DNA of 64,000 nt. It comes from an uncultured delta proteobacterium. Lineage in GTDB: Bacteria; Myxococcota_A; Polyangia; Polyangiales; Polyangiaceae. Positions 30,831 through 40,629 of the stretch are shown here, piece by piece. How positions within the stretch are numbered: position 1 is the stretch's first letter; each line of letters opens with the position of its first letter. Below the pieces are notes generated by a model. The model searched no databases and was not told where the DNA came from. It worked only from the letters and a program-made list of their open reading frames with translations. Location of the stretch: the NCBI GenBank assembly GCA_963716725.1, contig CAVQUB010000005.1:672001-736000 (forward strand), read 5' to 3'. The position numbers and the translations under genes are program-made.

Positions 30831-30897
30831 GGGGCGACACGGCGACGACCAGCGCCGCATTTGCGCTCCCGCACGCCTTGACGCATCATGCCGGGTC

Positions 30898-31341
30898 ATG
30901 ACGGACGGGGACAGCAAACGCTTGGTATTGGCTCGGCGCGCTCGCTTCGTGGCGATGGCGCTCGCGAGCGCGGGCATCGCCTCGGCGACCACTACCGCCT
31001 GCGGCGGCGATTCCGATGGCGGCGGCAGCGGAGGAAGTGCGGCCGCCTCGGGCGGAGGCGCAGGCGGTACGGGCGGCGCGAACACCGGCGGCGCGAGCGG
31101 ATCGGGCGGCGCGAGCGGATCGGGCGGCGCGAGCGGATCGGGCGGCGCGAACACCGGCGGCGCGAGCGGATCGGGCGGCGCGAGCGGATCGGGCGGCGCC
31201 AATACCGGCGGCGTTGCCGGCGATGCGGGCTTCGATGCCGACGCGGGGCCCCAGCCCTGCCTCGCGCCACCACCCGCAGATGCGAGCACTGATGGACCGC
31301 AGGTGTGTCTGTCGCTCCCGCCCCCCGACAGCGGGAGCTGA
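30898..31341 (+). CDS. Small Gly-rich lipoprotein with twin PQxCL motifs
   Basis: LARRARFVAMALA...TTAC leader, GGASGS repeats, PQPCLAPPP and PQVCLSLPPP. Confidence 0.7.
   Translation: MTDGDSKRLVLARRARFVAMALASAGIASATTTACGGDSDGGGSGGSAAASGGGAGGTGGANTGGASGSGGASGSGGASGSGGANTGGASGSGGASGSGGANTGGVAGDAGFDADAGPQPCLAPPPADASTDGPQVCLSLPPPDSGS
31072..31212. repeat. Coding tandem repeat (18-bp GGASGS units interspersed with GGANT)
   Basis: GGCGGCGCGAGCGGATCG x5. Confidence 0.85.
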
Positions 31342-31438
31342 CGAGCTACGCCTCACGGATCCCGGGCTATCGTGCGGGACAACGAAGGCAACCGCGTCGC
31401 GCTGCACGCGAGCTGAAGCGGCCGCGACCGGCAGACAA

Positions 31439-32512
31439 TCAGTTCGTCGCCGCGCCCTTGAAGGTCGCGATGACGCCCGCGGCCCCGCGGCTCGGCGCTG
31501 CATGAGTCCAGGTGTGAGAGGCGGTGCCGGTGCTGTTCAGCACCTTGGAGACCATCGAGTGCGCTGGTGGGCCGTTCGCGTTGTCTTGGTGGATCTGATG
31601 CGGAGACCAGCCCGCGCTGGGCTGGATGTTCGCGTAGGTCTGATCGTGTCGAACTGACAGCACCGCGACCGCGAGCTCGTTGGCCTGAGTCGTGACTTGG
31701 AAGGTGCTGGCATTCGTCGTCGTTCCCGAGGCGGCCGCGGTGTAGCCGCTGGCGTCCAGGCTGGGCGGTGCGCTCAAGCCCGAGACCTCGATCACGCCCC
31801 ATGCGATGGCCTGAACGTTGGAGGTGCCCACGGGATCCACCTTGATGGCGAAGGGGCTGCTCGGAACAGTGATGGTTTGGGCGATGAAGATGTAGCCGCG
31901 CGCTGCTTGGTGACTCGACTTGATGGGAGAGCCCTGAACGACCTGCGCGTAGCTGTTCCCGTGGTTGTCGGTGACCGAGCCGGTGGGCACCAGGCAATCG
32001 CCGTTCTGGGTCGCCCCGGTGCCAGCGTCGTTCATGATGACTCCGTGGTCGCTGACGCAGGTGATGCCGACGATGATCGAGTTGCCTGCGTTTGGCGCGG
32101 TGGCAAACGTGATCGTGGAAGTGAGCTCGCCCGGCATGCTGAGCTTCAGAGGCGAAGCCTGAACGACGACGATGGGCGGAGGGCCCGCGTCCGAGGCCGC
32201 GTCGGTGCTGCCATCGACGGTTGCGTCGCCAGCCGAGCCGTCTGCCCCCGCGCTGCCGCCGGCTCCGCCGGCTCCGCCGGTGGCGCCTCCGGTGCCGGCA
32301 ACTCCGCCGCTGCCTGCTGCGCTGCCGCCGGTGCCTCCCACGCTACCTCCCGATCCGCCGACGGTGCCCCCCGATCCGCCGACGGTGCCGCCGGTTCCCC
32401 CCGTGGCGCCGCCGGTGCCCCCGGAGTTCTTTGCGTCGTCCGAGAACTCCTCGCCACCGCAGGCGTGAACGATCAAGACCAGTGCCGAAAGCAATGCGAC
32501 CCGCGCGCCCAT
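31439..32512 (-). CDS. Lipoprotein with Gly-rich linker and beta-rich C-terminal domain
   Basis: VHAC lipobox-like signal, GGTGG repeats, Thr/Ala-rich domain. Confidence 0.75.
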   Translation of the reverse strand: MGARVALLSALVLIVHACGGEEFSDDAKNSGGTGGATGGTGGTVGGSGGTVGGSGGSVGGTGGSAAGSGGVAGTGGATGGAGGAGGSAGADGSAGDATVDGSTDAASDAGPPPIVVVQASPLKLSMPGELTSTITFATAPNAGNSIIVGITCVSDHGVIMNDAGTGATQNGDCLVPTGSVTDNHGNSYAQVVQGSPIKSSHQAARGYIFIAQTITVPSSPFAIKVDPVGTSNVQAIAWGVIEVSGLSAPPSLDASGYTAAASGTTTNASTFQVTTQANELAVAVLSVRHDQTYANIQPSAGWSPHQIHQDNANGPPAHSMVSKVLNSTGTASHTWTHAAPSRGAAGVIATFKGAATN

Positions 32513-32582
32513 TCGACAAGTGTGACACAGCGACGGGGTGGCTGATAGCCGCCGACAAGTCATCGATCGATGCGCAGTCGGT

Positions 32583-33380
32583 TCAGCTCGTGCCCACGGC
32601 CTCCGGGGTTGGGCCCCGTCCGGTGATGCGCGCCACGCTGAACCCCGCGGACCTCCCCAAGCCTTCTGGGGACGGGCGGCCGCAACCCGAGCAGCCCCGA
32701 CAGTGGACGGGCAGCCCGCCCGCTACCGGCGGGCCCCCGTAGCGGGCCAGCCCCATGCCGCGGAGCGCCTTCGCTTCGTCCGCGGGCAGTTCGCGGACCT
32801 GCCCGAGCTGTCGCGCGGCCAGGAGCACCTTCGCCGTGTGCTCCATGGTCTCGAGCTTGCAGAACGCATCGAGCAGACTCTTGCCCACGCAGACGGCCCC
32901 GTGGCGATCCATCATCACGGCGTCGTGGGTGCGGATCGCGTCGCCCACTTGGTGAGCGAGCTCCTGCGTGCCCGTTCGTTCGTAGCCAAGGGTGGGGATG
33001 CTGCCCATGGTGAGCACGACCTCGGGCAGCACGCACTGCGCGAGGGAGACTCCGGCGACGGTGAACGCGACGCAGGTCGGGGGATGCGCGTGCACGACGG
33101 CTTGGGCATCCGGGCGGGTCTCGTAGCAGGCAGCGTGCATCGCCATTTCGCTCGTGGGCTCGCCGCGGCCGCGTACTTTCCGACCGCGCAGGTCGATGAC
33201 GACCAAGTCGTCGTCGGTCAGGAGCCCTTTGTGGCAGCCCGCGCGCGTGCAGAGCAGGAGCCCGTCGCTCAGGCGGACCGAGAGATTTCCGTCCAGCCCC
33301 ACGAGCAGCTGGCGCTCGTAGCAGAGGCGCGCGAAGCGCACGATCTCGCGCCGCAGCGCCGTCTCTGGAAGCGGAAGCAT
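32583..33380 (-). CDS. Class II aldolase/adducin family protein (FucA-like), probably BMC-associated
   Basis: DGNLSVR, PTSEMAMH, HAHP, HG, ETMEH; C-terminal extension with CRGCSGC. Confidence 0.92.
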   Translation of the reverse strand: MLPLPETALRREIVRFARLCYERQLLVGLDGNLSVRLSDGLLLCTRAGCHKGLLTDDDLVVIDLRGRKVRGRGEPTSEMAMHAACYETRPDAQAVVHAHPPTCVAFTVAGVSLAQCVLPEVVLTMGSIPTLGYERTGTQELAHQVGDAIRTHDAVMMDRHGAVCVGKSLLDAFCKLETMEHTAKVLLAARQLGQVRELPADEAKALRGMGLARYGGPPVAGGLPVHCRGCSGCGRPSPEGLGRSAGFSVARITGRGPTPEAVGTS

Positions 33381-33952
33381 CGAGGGGCGGATGCTAACAG
33401 GCAACCGGACCGAGCGGAATTGATCACGAAGCTCGGCGCTCGCCGGCATGGGTCGCCGGCGGGCTAGGGCGGCACGAGCCACTTCTGGGACTGCGCCGGG
33501 AGGCAGACGTCCTGGGCGGCCCGCCGGACGCACGTCTGGTGCTGCGGCTGGACCAGGCGAACGCCGATCCGGTGTACGGCGGGCCCGCCACCGCCTACGA
33601 CAAGCGCAGCGCCTCGGATCCAGAGCTCGAAGCGCTGTTCCGGGACGTCAAAACCATCGAGCTCTGGTTCGTCGTCATTGTCGCCTGGACGGCGCAGCCG
33701 GGGTCCCGCCTCGTCGAGCAGGCGCCACGCGTGGCAAGCTTCTTCATCAACGGCGTGAGCGGAGGCGGCGGGTGAACGCATCCACGAAGGATCGAGCGCG
33801 CGTCGAATCCCTCTGGGCGGCCCGGGCACGCCTGGTGAGGACCTTCTTGGTCGCGCGCTCGACAAACACCGCCAGTCCCTTCGGTGCCTTGCTCGACTCC
33901 TTTGTCGATCGTTTCGCCGTCGCAGCGCGTGATTTCGCAGCGGCTCGCCGAC

Positions 33953-34699
33953 TCAGTCTTCGCAGGGGATGGTGCAGATGCAGATGTGGTTGTCCAAGCA
34001 CTTGAAGTTCTTGGGACAGGGCCCCATCGTCTCGCAGGCCATCGGGAAGCCGCGATCGCCGCCGCATGCGTCCCGGCACTTGGGCTTGCCACCCGCGCTC
34101 TTCGCCGCCGTGCCGTCGTTCGCGGACTGGTCGAAATAGATCCCCGGCGCCGGTGCGCCCTTGGGCCAGGTTGCCGTCAGCACTCGCGTTCCCCGCTCCG
34201 TCCAGTTGAACGCGACCTTGGCGTTCATGGCCTCCCGCAGCGGGAGCACGATGGAGGCCACTCCCTTGTTCTCGTAGGTGAAGTACTCCGGGTTCTTCTT
34301 CGCCGGTTCGCGAATGGCCACGGTCTGGATCTGCGGCCCGCTCTTGCCGGGCGTGCGACAGCTCACTCGCAGCCACTCGCGGACGCGTTTGGTCTCGCAG
34401 CCCAACGGGCCGGAGTGGCGCACGCTGATTTCCGATGCCGCATTCCACTCGGCGACCGTGGGCGGCTTGCTGCGCTCCGTGGGGATGCCCTGGGGCACCA
34501 TCTCTTTGGCGATCTTTTCGATCTCGGGATCCAGCGCCGCGCTGGCAGCGGGTGAGGGCGCAGCCCCACTGGCAGCGGGTGCGGGCGCGCTGGCGGCGGG
34601 TGCGGTTGCCGTGGGCGAGGCTTCGGCGGAGCCTTGCTTGCACGCCGGCAGGGCGGCGAGCACCAACGTCAGGGAAACAGCGGCGGAAAGTCTGAGCAT
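33953..34699 (-). CDS. Hypothetical lipoprotein with C-terminal Cys-rich module
   Basis: LPAC lipobox, Ala/Pro linker, 7 Cys in the last about 40 aa. Confidence 0.75.
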   Translation of the reverse strand: MLRLSAAVSLTLVLAALPACKQGSAEASPTATAPAASAPAPAASGAAPSPAASAALDPEIEKIAKEMVPQGIPTERSKPPTVAEWNAASEISVRHSGPLGCETKRVREWLRVSCRTPGKSGPQIQTVAIREPAKKNPEYFTYENKGVASIVLPLREAMNAKVAFNWTERGTRVLTATWPKGAPAPGIYFDQSANDGTAAKSAGGKPKCRDACGGDRGFPMACETMGPCPKNFKCLDNHICICTIPCED

Positions 34700-34839
34700 G
34701 ATGGCAGACGCTAGCCTTCCCGCTGCCGCCCGAAAATGGCTTTTCGGCGACCTCGCCCAGGAGACCTCGCCCCAAGGTCGGGTCTGCGCCGAAGAGCGCC
34801 GCCGCAGCTGATCCTACGCATCCTCGAGCGTGCGGGACT

Positions 34840-37800
34840 TCACTCGCCCGGACTCTCGGCGGGAGCCAAGGCCGACGCGGAGAGCGGCGTCGGCGCGCGC
34901 CTGCGCGACAGCAGCGCGTACGTGCCCGGCACCACGAACAGGGTCAGCAGCGTGGACAGCGTGAGGCCGCCGACCACCGCGACGCCCAGGCTCTGGCGGC
35001 TGCCCGATGCGCTGCCGAGCGACAGGGCGATGGGCAAGATGCCCAAGACGGTGGTGAGCGTGGTCATCACGATGGGGCGGAAGCGCGCGACCGCGGCCTC
35101 CAGGACTGCGTCTTTCGGCAGCAGGCCTTCGGCTTTCTGGTGGTTGGCAAACTCGACGATCAAGATGCCGTTCTTGGTCACGATGCCGACCAGCATGATG
35201 ATGCCGATCTGGCTGAAGATGTTCAGGGTCTGACCGGTGAGCCACAGGCCCAACAGGGCGCCGAGCAGCGACATGGGCACAGTGAACAAGATGATGAGCG
35301 GATCGATGAAGCTCTCGAACTGCGCCGCCAGCACCAGGTAGATGAGCAAGATGGCGATACCGAAGGCGAAGTACAGGCTGGTCGCGCTTTCGGAGAAGTC
35401 CCGGGCCTCACCCGCCAGCGCGGTGCGGTAGCGCTGATCCAGCGTGGTCGCGGCCACCGCGTCCATGGCCTTGATGCCGTCGGCGAGGGCGTAGCCCGGG
35501 GCGATGCCCGCCGAGAAGGTCGCCGAGACGTAGCGATCGTAGCGATAGATGGCGGCGGGTGCGGTGCCTTCGTCGATGCTCACCAGGTTGTCGAGCGGGA
35601 CCATCTGCCCGGAACGCCCGCGCACATGCAGCTTGCGGACCGCTTCCGGGGCGCTGCGGTCCGCCGCTTCCACCTCGCCGATCACCTGGTACTGCCGCCC
35701 GTTCATCACGAAGTAGCCGTAGCGGCGCCCGCCGTAGGAAAGCTCGAGCGAGCGGGCGATGTCGGCCACGCTGATGCCGAGCTCGGTGGCCTTGGCGCGG
35801 TCGATGCGGATCACGCCCTCGGGACGGTTGAACTTCAGATCCGAGTCGACGAAGCGCAAGACAGGGCTCTTCGAGGCCTGCTCGAACACCTTCGGGAGGA
35901 CCTCGGCCAAGGCCTCCAGGTCGGGAGCCTGAATCACGTACTGAAGCGGCAAACCCGAGAAGCGCGCGCCGATGGTGGGCGGCTGGGCGGGGAAGGTGCG
36001 GAGCTCGGTGAAGCCGTTGAGCTTCTGGGACAACGACTGGAAGATCTGCTCTTGCGAGCGCTGCCGCTGGTTCGGTTCCTTGAGGTAGAGGTTCTGCACG
36101 CCGGTATTCACCGGACCGCCCCAGAGCCCGGTGATCGAGTACGTTCGCGACAGCTCCGGAACGCTTTCGGTCAGCAGCACCGCCAGCTTGTCGAGCTGCG
36201 CGGCGGTGTACTGGTAGGTGGCGCCTTCTGGAGCGCGCACCCCCACCCGAATGTTGGAGCGGTCTTCGAGCGGCGCCAGCTCGCTCTTGAGCTTGCCGCC
36301 GACGAAGACGGCGAGGGCCACGACGCCCACGACCAGCGGCGCGGACACGATCCGAACGCGCAGAAAGGCGCCGAGCGCGCGGCGGTACAGGCCATTGAGC
36401 CCCGCGAAGAAGGGCTCCGTCACGCGGTAAAACCAGCTGGGTTTCGCCTGGCGCTTGAGCAAAAAGCGGCACATCACCGGCGACAGCGTCAGCGCCACGA
36501 AAGCGGAGATGAGCACCGAACCGGCCACCACGATGGCGAACTCGCGGAACAGACGCCCGGTGAGCCCCTCCAGGAACACGATGGGCAGGAACACCGCGGC
36601 CAGGGTGATGGTGGTGGAGATCACCGCAAAGTAGATCTCCCGGGAGCCCGCCATGGCTGCGTCGAAGGGCGCCATGCCCTCCTCGATCTTCGCGTAGATG
36701 TTCTCGAGCACGACGATGGCGTCGTCCACCACCAGGCCAATGGCCAAGACCAGCGCCACCAGCGTCAGGATGTTGATGGTGAACCCCGCCACGTACATCA
36801 CGAAGAAGGTGGAGATGATGCTGACCGGGATGGCGATCAACGGGACGAGCGTCGAGCGGAAGCTACGCAAGAAGACGAAGATGACCGCACCGACCAACAT
36901 GAACGCGGTGCCGAGGGCCTCCTCCACCTCGCGGATGGAGCGTCGCACGTAGGTCGTGAAGTCGTAGCCCACCTCGACTCTGAAGCCCGGCGGCACGGAC
37001 TTCTGGATCTCGGCGAAGCGGCGGTAGAACTCGTCGGCAATCTCGATGGCGTTGGTGTTCGGCTGCGGCACGACGGCGACGCCGACCATGGGCACGCCGT
37101 TCTGCTTGACGCCGGTGCGCAGGTTCTCGGCGCCGAGCTCGGCGTGGCCGATGTCGCGAAACTCGATCTGCCGGCCGCCCTCTTGGCGGATCACCATGCG
37201 ATTGACCTCCTCGGCCGTGGTCAGGCGCCCCACCGCCCGCAGGCCGATCTCCACCGCGCTGCCCTCGACGCGTCCCGCGGGCAGGTCCACGTTCTCGCGC
37301 AGCAGCGCGTCCTGCACGTCTTGCGGCGTGACGCGGTGAGCCGCCATGCGCTCGGTATCCATGCCAAGGCGCATGGCCCAGCGTTTCTCGCCGAAGATGC
37401 GCACCGTGCTCACGCCGGGGATGGTCTGCATCCGCTCCTTGATCAGCGTGTCCGCGATGTGGTTCACCTCCAGGATGCTCTTGTCGTCGCTCTGGACCGT
37501 CATGAACACGATCGGCGATGCGTCGGCGTCCGCCTTCTCGACAATGGGCGGATCGACGTCGGCGGGCAGGCGGCGCACCGCCCCGGCGACCTTGTCGCGG
37601 ATGTCGTTGGCGGCGGCGTCTACGTCGGTGCCAATGGTGAACTCGACCCGGATCACGCTCTGACTCTCCCGGGAGGTGCTCGCGATGTTGCGCACGCCGG
37701 CCACTCCGTTGACCGCCTGCTCGAGCGGCTCCGTGATCTGAGAATCCATGACCTCCGGGTTGGCGCCCGGGTAGTTGGTGGTGATGGTGACGATGGGCGG

Positions 37801-37923
37801 GTCCACCGCGGGGTACTCGCGCACGCCCAGGAAGCGGAAGCCCACGACGCCCAGCACGACCAAGATCAGCGACGCCACCAGCGCGAGCACCGGGCGGCGC
37901 AGGCTGATTTCTGCGACGTTCAC
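34840..37923 (-). CDS. RND efflux transporter permease subunit (AcrB family)
   Basis: 1027 aa; RRPV, YPGA, IGLVVDDAIVVLEN, QFES, KNGILIVEFAN, RFRPIVMT. Confidence 0.97.
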   Translation of the reverse strand: MNVAEISLRRPVLALVASLILVVLGVVGFRFLGVREYPAVDPPIVTITTNYPGANPEVMDSQITEPLEQAVNGVAGVRNIASTSRESQSVIRVEFTIGTDVDAAANDIRDKVAGAVRRLPADVDPPIVEKADADASPIVFMTVQSDDKSILEVNHIADTLIKERMQTIPGVSTVRIFGEKRWAMRLGMDTERMAAHRVTPQDVQDALLRENVDLPAGRVEGSAVEIGLRAVGRLTTAEEVNRMVIRQEGGRQIEFRDIGHAELGAENLRTGVKQNGVPMVGVAVVPQPNTNAIEIADEFYRRFAEIQKSVPPGFRVEVGYDFTTYVRRSIREVEEALGTAFMLVGAVIFVFLRSFRSTLVPLIAIPVSIISTFFVMYVAGFTINILTLVALVLAIGLVVDDAIVVLENIYAKIEEGMAPFDAAMAGSREIYFAVISTTITLAAVFLPIVFLEGLTGRLFREFAIVVAGSVLISAFVALTLSPVMCRFLLKRQAKPSWFYRVTEPFFAGLNGLYRRALGAFLRVRIVSAPLVVGVVALAVFVGGKLKSELAPLEDRSNIRVGVRAPEGATYQYTAAQLDKLAVLLTESVPELSRTYSITGLWGGPVNTGVQNLYLKEPNQRQRSQEQIFQSLSQKLNGFTELRTFPAQPPTIGARFSGLPLQYVIQAPDLEALAEVLPKVFEQASKSPVLRFVDSDLKFNRPEGVIRIDRAKATELGISVADIARSLELSYGGRRYGYFVMNGRQYQVIGEVEAADRSAPEAVRKLHVRGRSGQMVPLDNLVSIDEGTAPAAIYRYDRYVSATFSAGIAPGYALADGIKAMDAVAATTLDQRYRTALAGEARDFSESATSLYFAFGIAILLIYLVLAAQFESFIDPLIILFTVPMSLLGALLGLWLTGQTLNIFSQIGIIMLVGIVTKNGILIVEFANHQKAEGLLPKDAVLEAAVARFRPIVMTTLTTVLGILPIALSLGSASGSRQSLGVAVVGGLTLSTLLTLFVVPGTYALLSRRRAPTPLSASALAPAESPGE

Positions 37924-37930
37924 CCTGCGC

Positions 37931-39017
37931 TCACTTCTCGAGGGTCACGGGAGCGCCCTCGCGCAGCCGGAGCAGGTTGTTCACCAGCACCGTGTCCCCG
38001 GCGGAGAGGCCGGAGACGATCTCGACGTCGTCGGCCGTGCGCTGGCCGATCTCCACGGGGCGCAGGCTGGCTTTGCCGTCGGTGAGCACCCAGATCCCGT
38101 GGCCCTTCACGCTGGGCACGAGCGCTTGGGCCGGGACGGTCAGAGATCGGTTTGTCCGCGCCGATGGGGACCTCGACGTTGGCGAAGGCTCCGCTCGCGA
38201 GCTCGCCCTCGGCGTTTTCGGTCAGGCCGCGCACGCTGACGCTGCGGGTCGCGCGGTCGATCTCTGGCTCGATGGCGATGACCTGCCCCTTGAAGCGCTC
38301 CGGGCGCCCCGTCACTTTGAAGAAGAACTCGTGTCCCACGCGCACGTCCGCCACGTAGCGCTCGGGCAGTGCGAAGTCGACCTTCAGCTTCGAGGTGTCC
38401 GAGAGGGTGGTCAGCACCGTTTCGGGTGTGACCCAGGCGCCGGCGCTCACCCGTCGAAGGCCGACCTTGCCAGCAAAGGGAGCGCGGATGCGCGTCTTCT
38501 GCAGGGTGACACCGCGCATGCCCATTTCCGCCCGAAGCTCATCGAGCTCGCTCTTGACTCGGTCATACTCGGCCTGGCTGAGCAGGTTCTGTGAGAGCAG
38601 TTGCTTCGAGCGTGCCTCCTGGGAAGCCAGGAGCTTCTTCTTGACCTCGAGGCGGCGGAGGTCAGCGCCGAGATCCGAGGAGTCCAGGCTGAACAGCAGC
38701 GCGCCCTTCTTGACCAGGGCGCCCTCCTCGACGTGGACTCTGGTCAAGCGTCGCGAGATCTCGCTCACGACTTTGATGGATTCGTTCGCTGCCAGCGTGC
38801 CGACCGTGGGCACAGTGACGCTGACGGTCTTCGGGCTGACCACGTGCCCTCGGGCCAAGAGTGGGGCCCCCGCCGCTCCGCCGCGCGCGCTGGCCGAGCC
38901 TGCCGTGGGCTCGGGCTTGGTCGCCGGCGCCTGGTTGCACCCGTACGCGGCGAACACCGCGCAGGCGAGTACGTTACGAAAACCTGCTGAAGTCACCACG
39001 GCGGCCGGCTCTCTCAT
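37931..39017 (-). CDS. RND periplasmic adaptor (MFP) subunit, frameshift near 38145
   Basis: IRAPFAGKVG, LKVDFALPE, ID..TRS; continues in another frame as LTVPAQALVP...EIVSGLSAGDTV. Confidence 0.88.
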
Positions 39018-39206
39018 AGCACCCGGCGCCGCCGAACGGCACCTGCCGGATGCTCGGCACCCCTGCGTTTGCGCCAATTTCAGTGCCTTGCGCGCCCCCG
39101 CCCAGGGTGGCAGCGCCGCGCAAGCGCGACGAACGCGGGCAAGATGGGAATTGTCGCTGACGAGGTGGGAGCACGGAGCTTTCGAGTGCTGCTATCTTGA
39201 GCAGCA

Positions 39207-40355
39207 ATGCGCCGCTCCTTCGCCTGCGTGATCTCGCTCCTGCTCTCGATCGCGTGCTCGTCCGACGACTCGACACCGAAAGCGACCGGGACCGGCGGGG
39301 CAGGTGGGGCCGGCGGGGCGGACTCCGGCGTGGGCGGAGGTGCGGGCGCGGATGCCGGTGCGCTTCCGTACTCCGTGTCCGCCTTCGACGCGATCCGCAT
39401 CCGGAGCAAGAGCGAGCAGCCGAACTTTCAGCGGGCTAGCGCGACCCTCGATTTCGGCGCCGGACCCTTCCAGAAGGCGACGCTGGTCGTCGATCTCGCC
39501 ACGACGTGCTTCCCTTTCGAGAAGTGGAAGGCAAATCCGCCCCCGCCAGGTCAGAACTGGCCCGCGGACTGCGACGCCTTCGATCGCAACTTCGAGTTCG
39601 TGCTCGATCGTCCGGCCGATCCCAAGGCGGGCCCGCCCGGCATCGAGTTGGTCCGCGCCATCACCCCTTTCGGTGGCCCCATGCACCTAGAGATCGACGT
39701 GACCGACGTCGTCAACGGCCGCCCGGGCAAGCACACGCTGGACGTCCACATCGGCACCTGGTCGGACGGTGCCGGCAAGGTCTCGGGCTCGAACGGCGGC
39801 TGGAACGTGACCGCGCGCGTCGACCTCGTGCCCGGCGCCCCGCCGCGGAAGGTGCTCGCCGTGCTGCCGCTCTTCGATCACTCGAACGGTGACCCCGCTC
39901 CGCTCGCGCCCGTGCACTTCGAGGTCCCGGCCGGAACCAAGGGGTCGCGGCTCGAGTACCGTGTGACGGGGCACGGCGGGGTGACCGGCGCGGCCGGCTG
40001 CGGCATGGCGCCGGCCGAGGAGTTCTGCTCGCGCACGCACGCGCTCTACGCCGACGAGATCGAGTTCGACAGCCTGAACCCCTGGCGCGACGACTGCGCC
40101 ACGTTGTGCACGATCGCGCATCAGGACGGGTCCAACGGCGGCTTCGACTACTGCAAGGAGAACCCCTGCGGAGCGATCTCCAGCGTCAAGGCGCCCCGCG
40201 CCAACTGGTGTCCGGGGAGCGTGACCCCGCCGCTGGTCTGGGAGCCGCCCGCCTGGGCAACGCCAGGCCAGCACAGCTTCCGCTATCAGGTGGACGACAT
40301 CGCGAGCGGAGGCTCCTGGCGTGTGTCCGCGGTGTTGTTCGCGTTCGGCGCCTGA
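39207..40355 (+). CDS. Peptide-N-glycosidase F-related lipoprotein
   Basis: SIAC lipobox; CDAFDR, ELVRAITPFGG, TGHG, EEFC, RANWCPG match the PNGase F motif order. Confidence 0.85.
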   Translation: MRRSFACVISLLLSIACSSDDSTPKATGTGGAGGAGGADSGVGGGAGADAGALPYSVSAFDAIRIRSKSEQPNFQRASATLDFGAGPFQKATLVVDLATTCFPFEKWKANPPPPGQNWPADCDAFDRNFEFVLDRPADPKAGPPGIELVRAITPFGGPMHLEIDVTDVVNGRPGKHTLDVHIGTWSDGAGKVSGSNGGWNVTARVDLVPGAPPRKVLAVLPLFDHSNGDPAPLAPVHFEVPAGTKGSRLEYRVTGHGGVTGAAGCGMAPAEEFCSRTHALYADEIEFDSLNPWRDDCATLCTIAHQDGSNGGFDYCKENPCGAISSVKAPRANWCPGSVTPPLVWEPPAWATPGQHSFRYQVDDIASGGSWRVSAVLFAFGA

Positions 40356-40416
40356 CGCGCCCGACGCGCCTGACGCGCCTGACGCGCCCGACGCGCCCGA
40401 CGCGCCCGACACTCCC
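40354..40416. repeat. Intergenic 9-bp tandem repeat
   Basis: GACGCGCC(C/T) x6 plus degenerate GACACTCCC. Confidence 0.9.
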
Positions 40417-40629
40417 GACGGCCGCTCGGTGACCCAGGCGAGGCACCGATTCTCGCGTGCCGATCTCCGAATCACGCCCATCGAACAGACACCCACACTG
40501 CCCGACATGAGGGGCTCGTGTCAGCTCGGACGGCGCGCGGCGATCCGACATTGGTGCGCTCAAGCGGCGTCGCGTTGGTGTAGATTTCCAAGTTGGCCCT
40601 GCGCTCAGTTGCGCGGCCAAGGAGTCCGC

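Noticed and set aside
33470..33775. Short plus-strand ORF (LRLDQANADPVY...)
   Set aside because: Gene-like codons but no clear start or recognisable motif; possibly a fragment, not supportable as a feature
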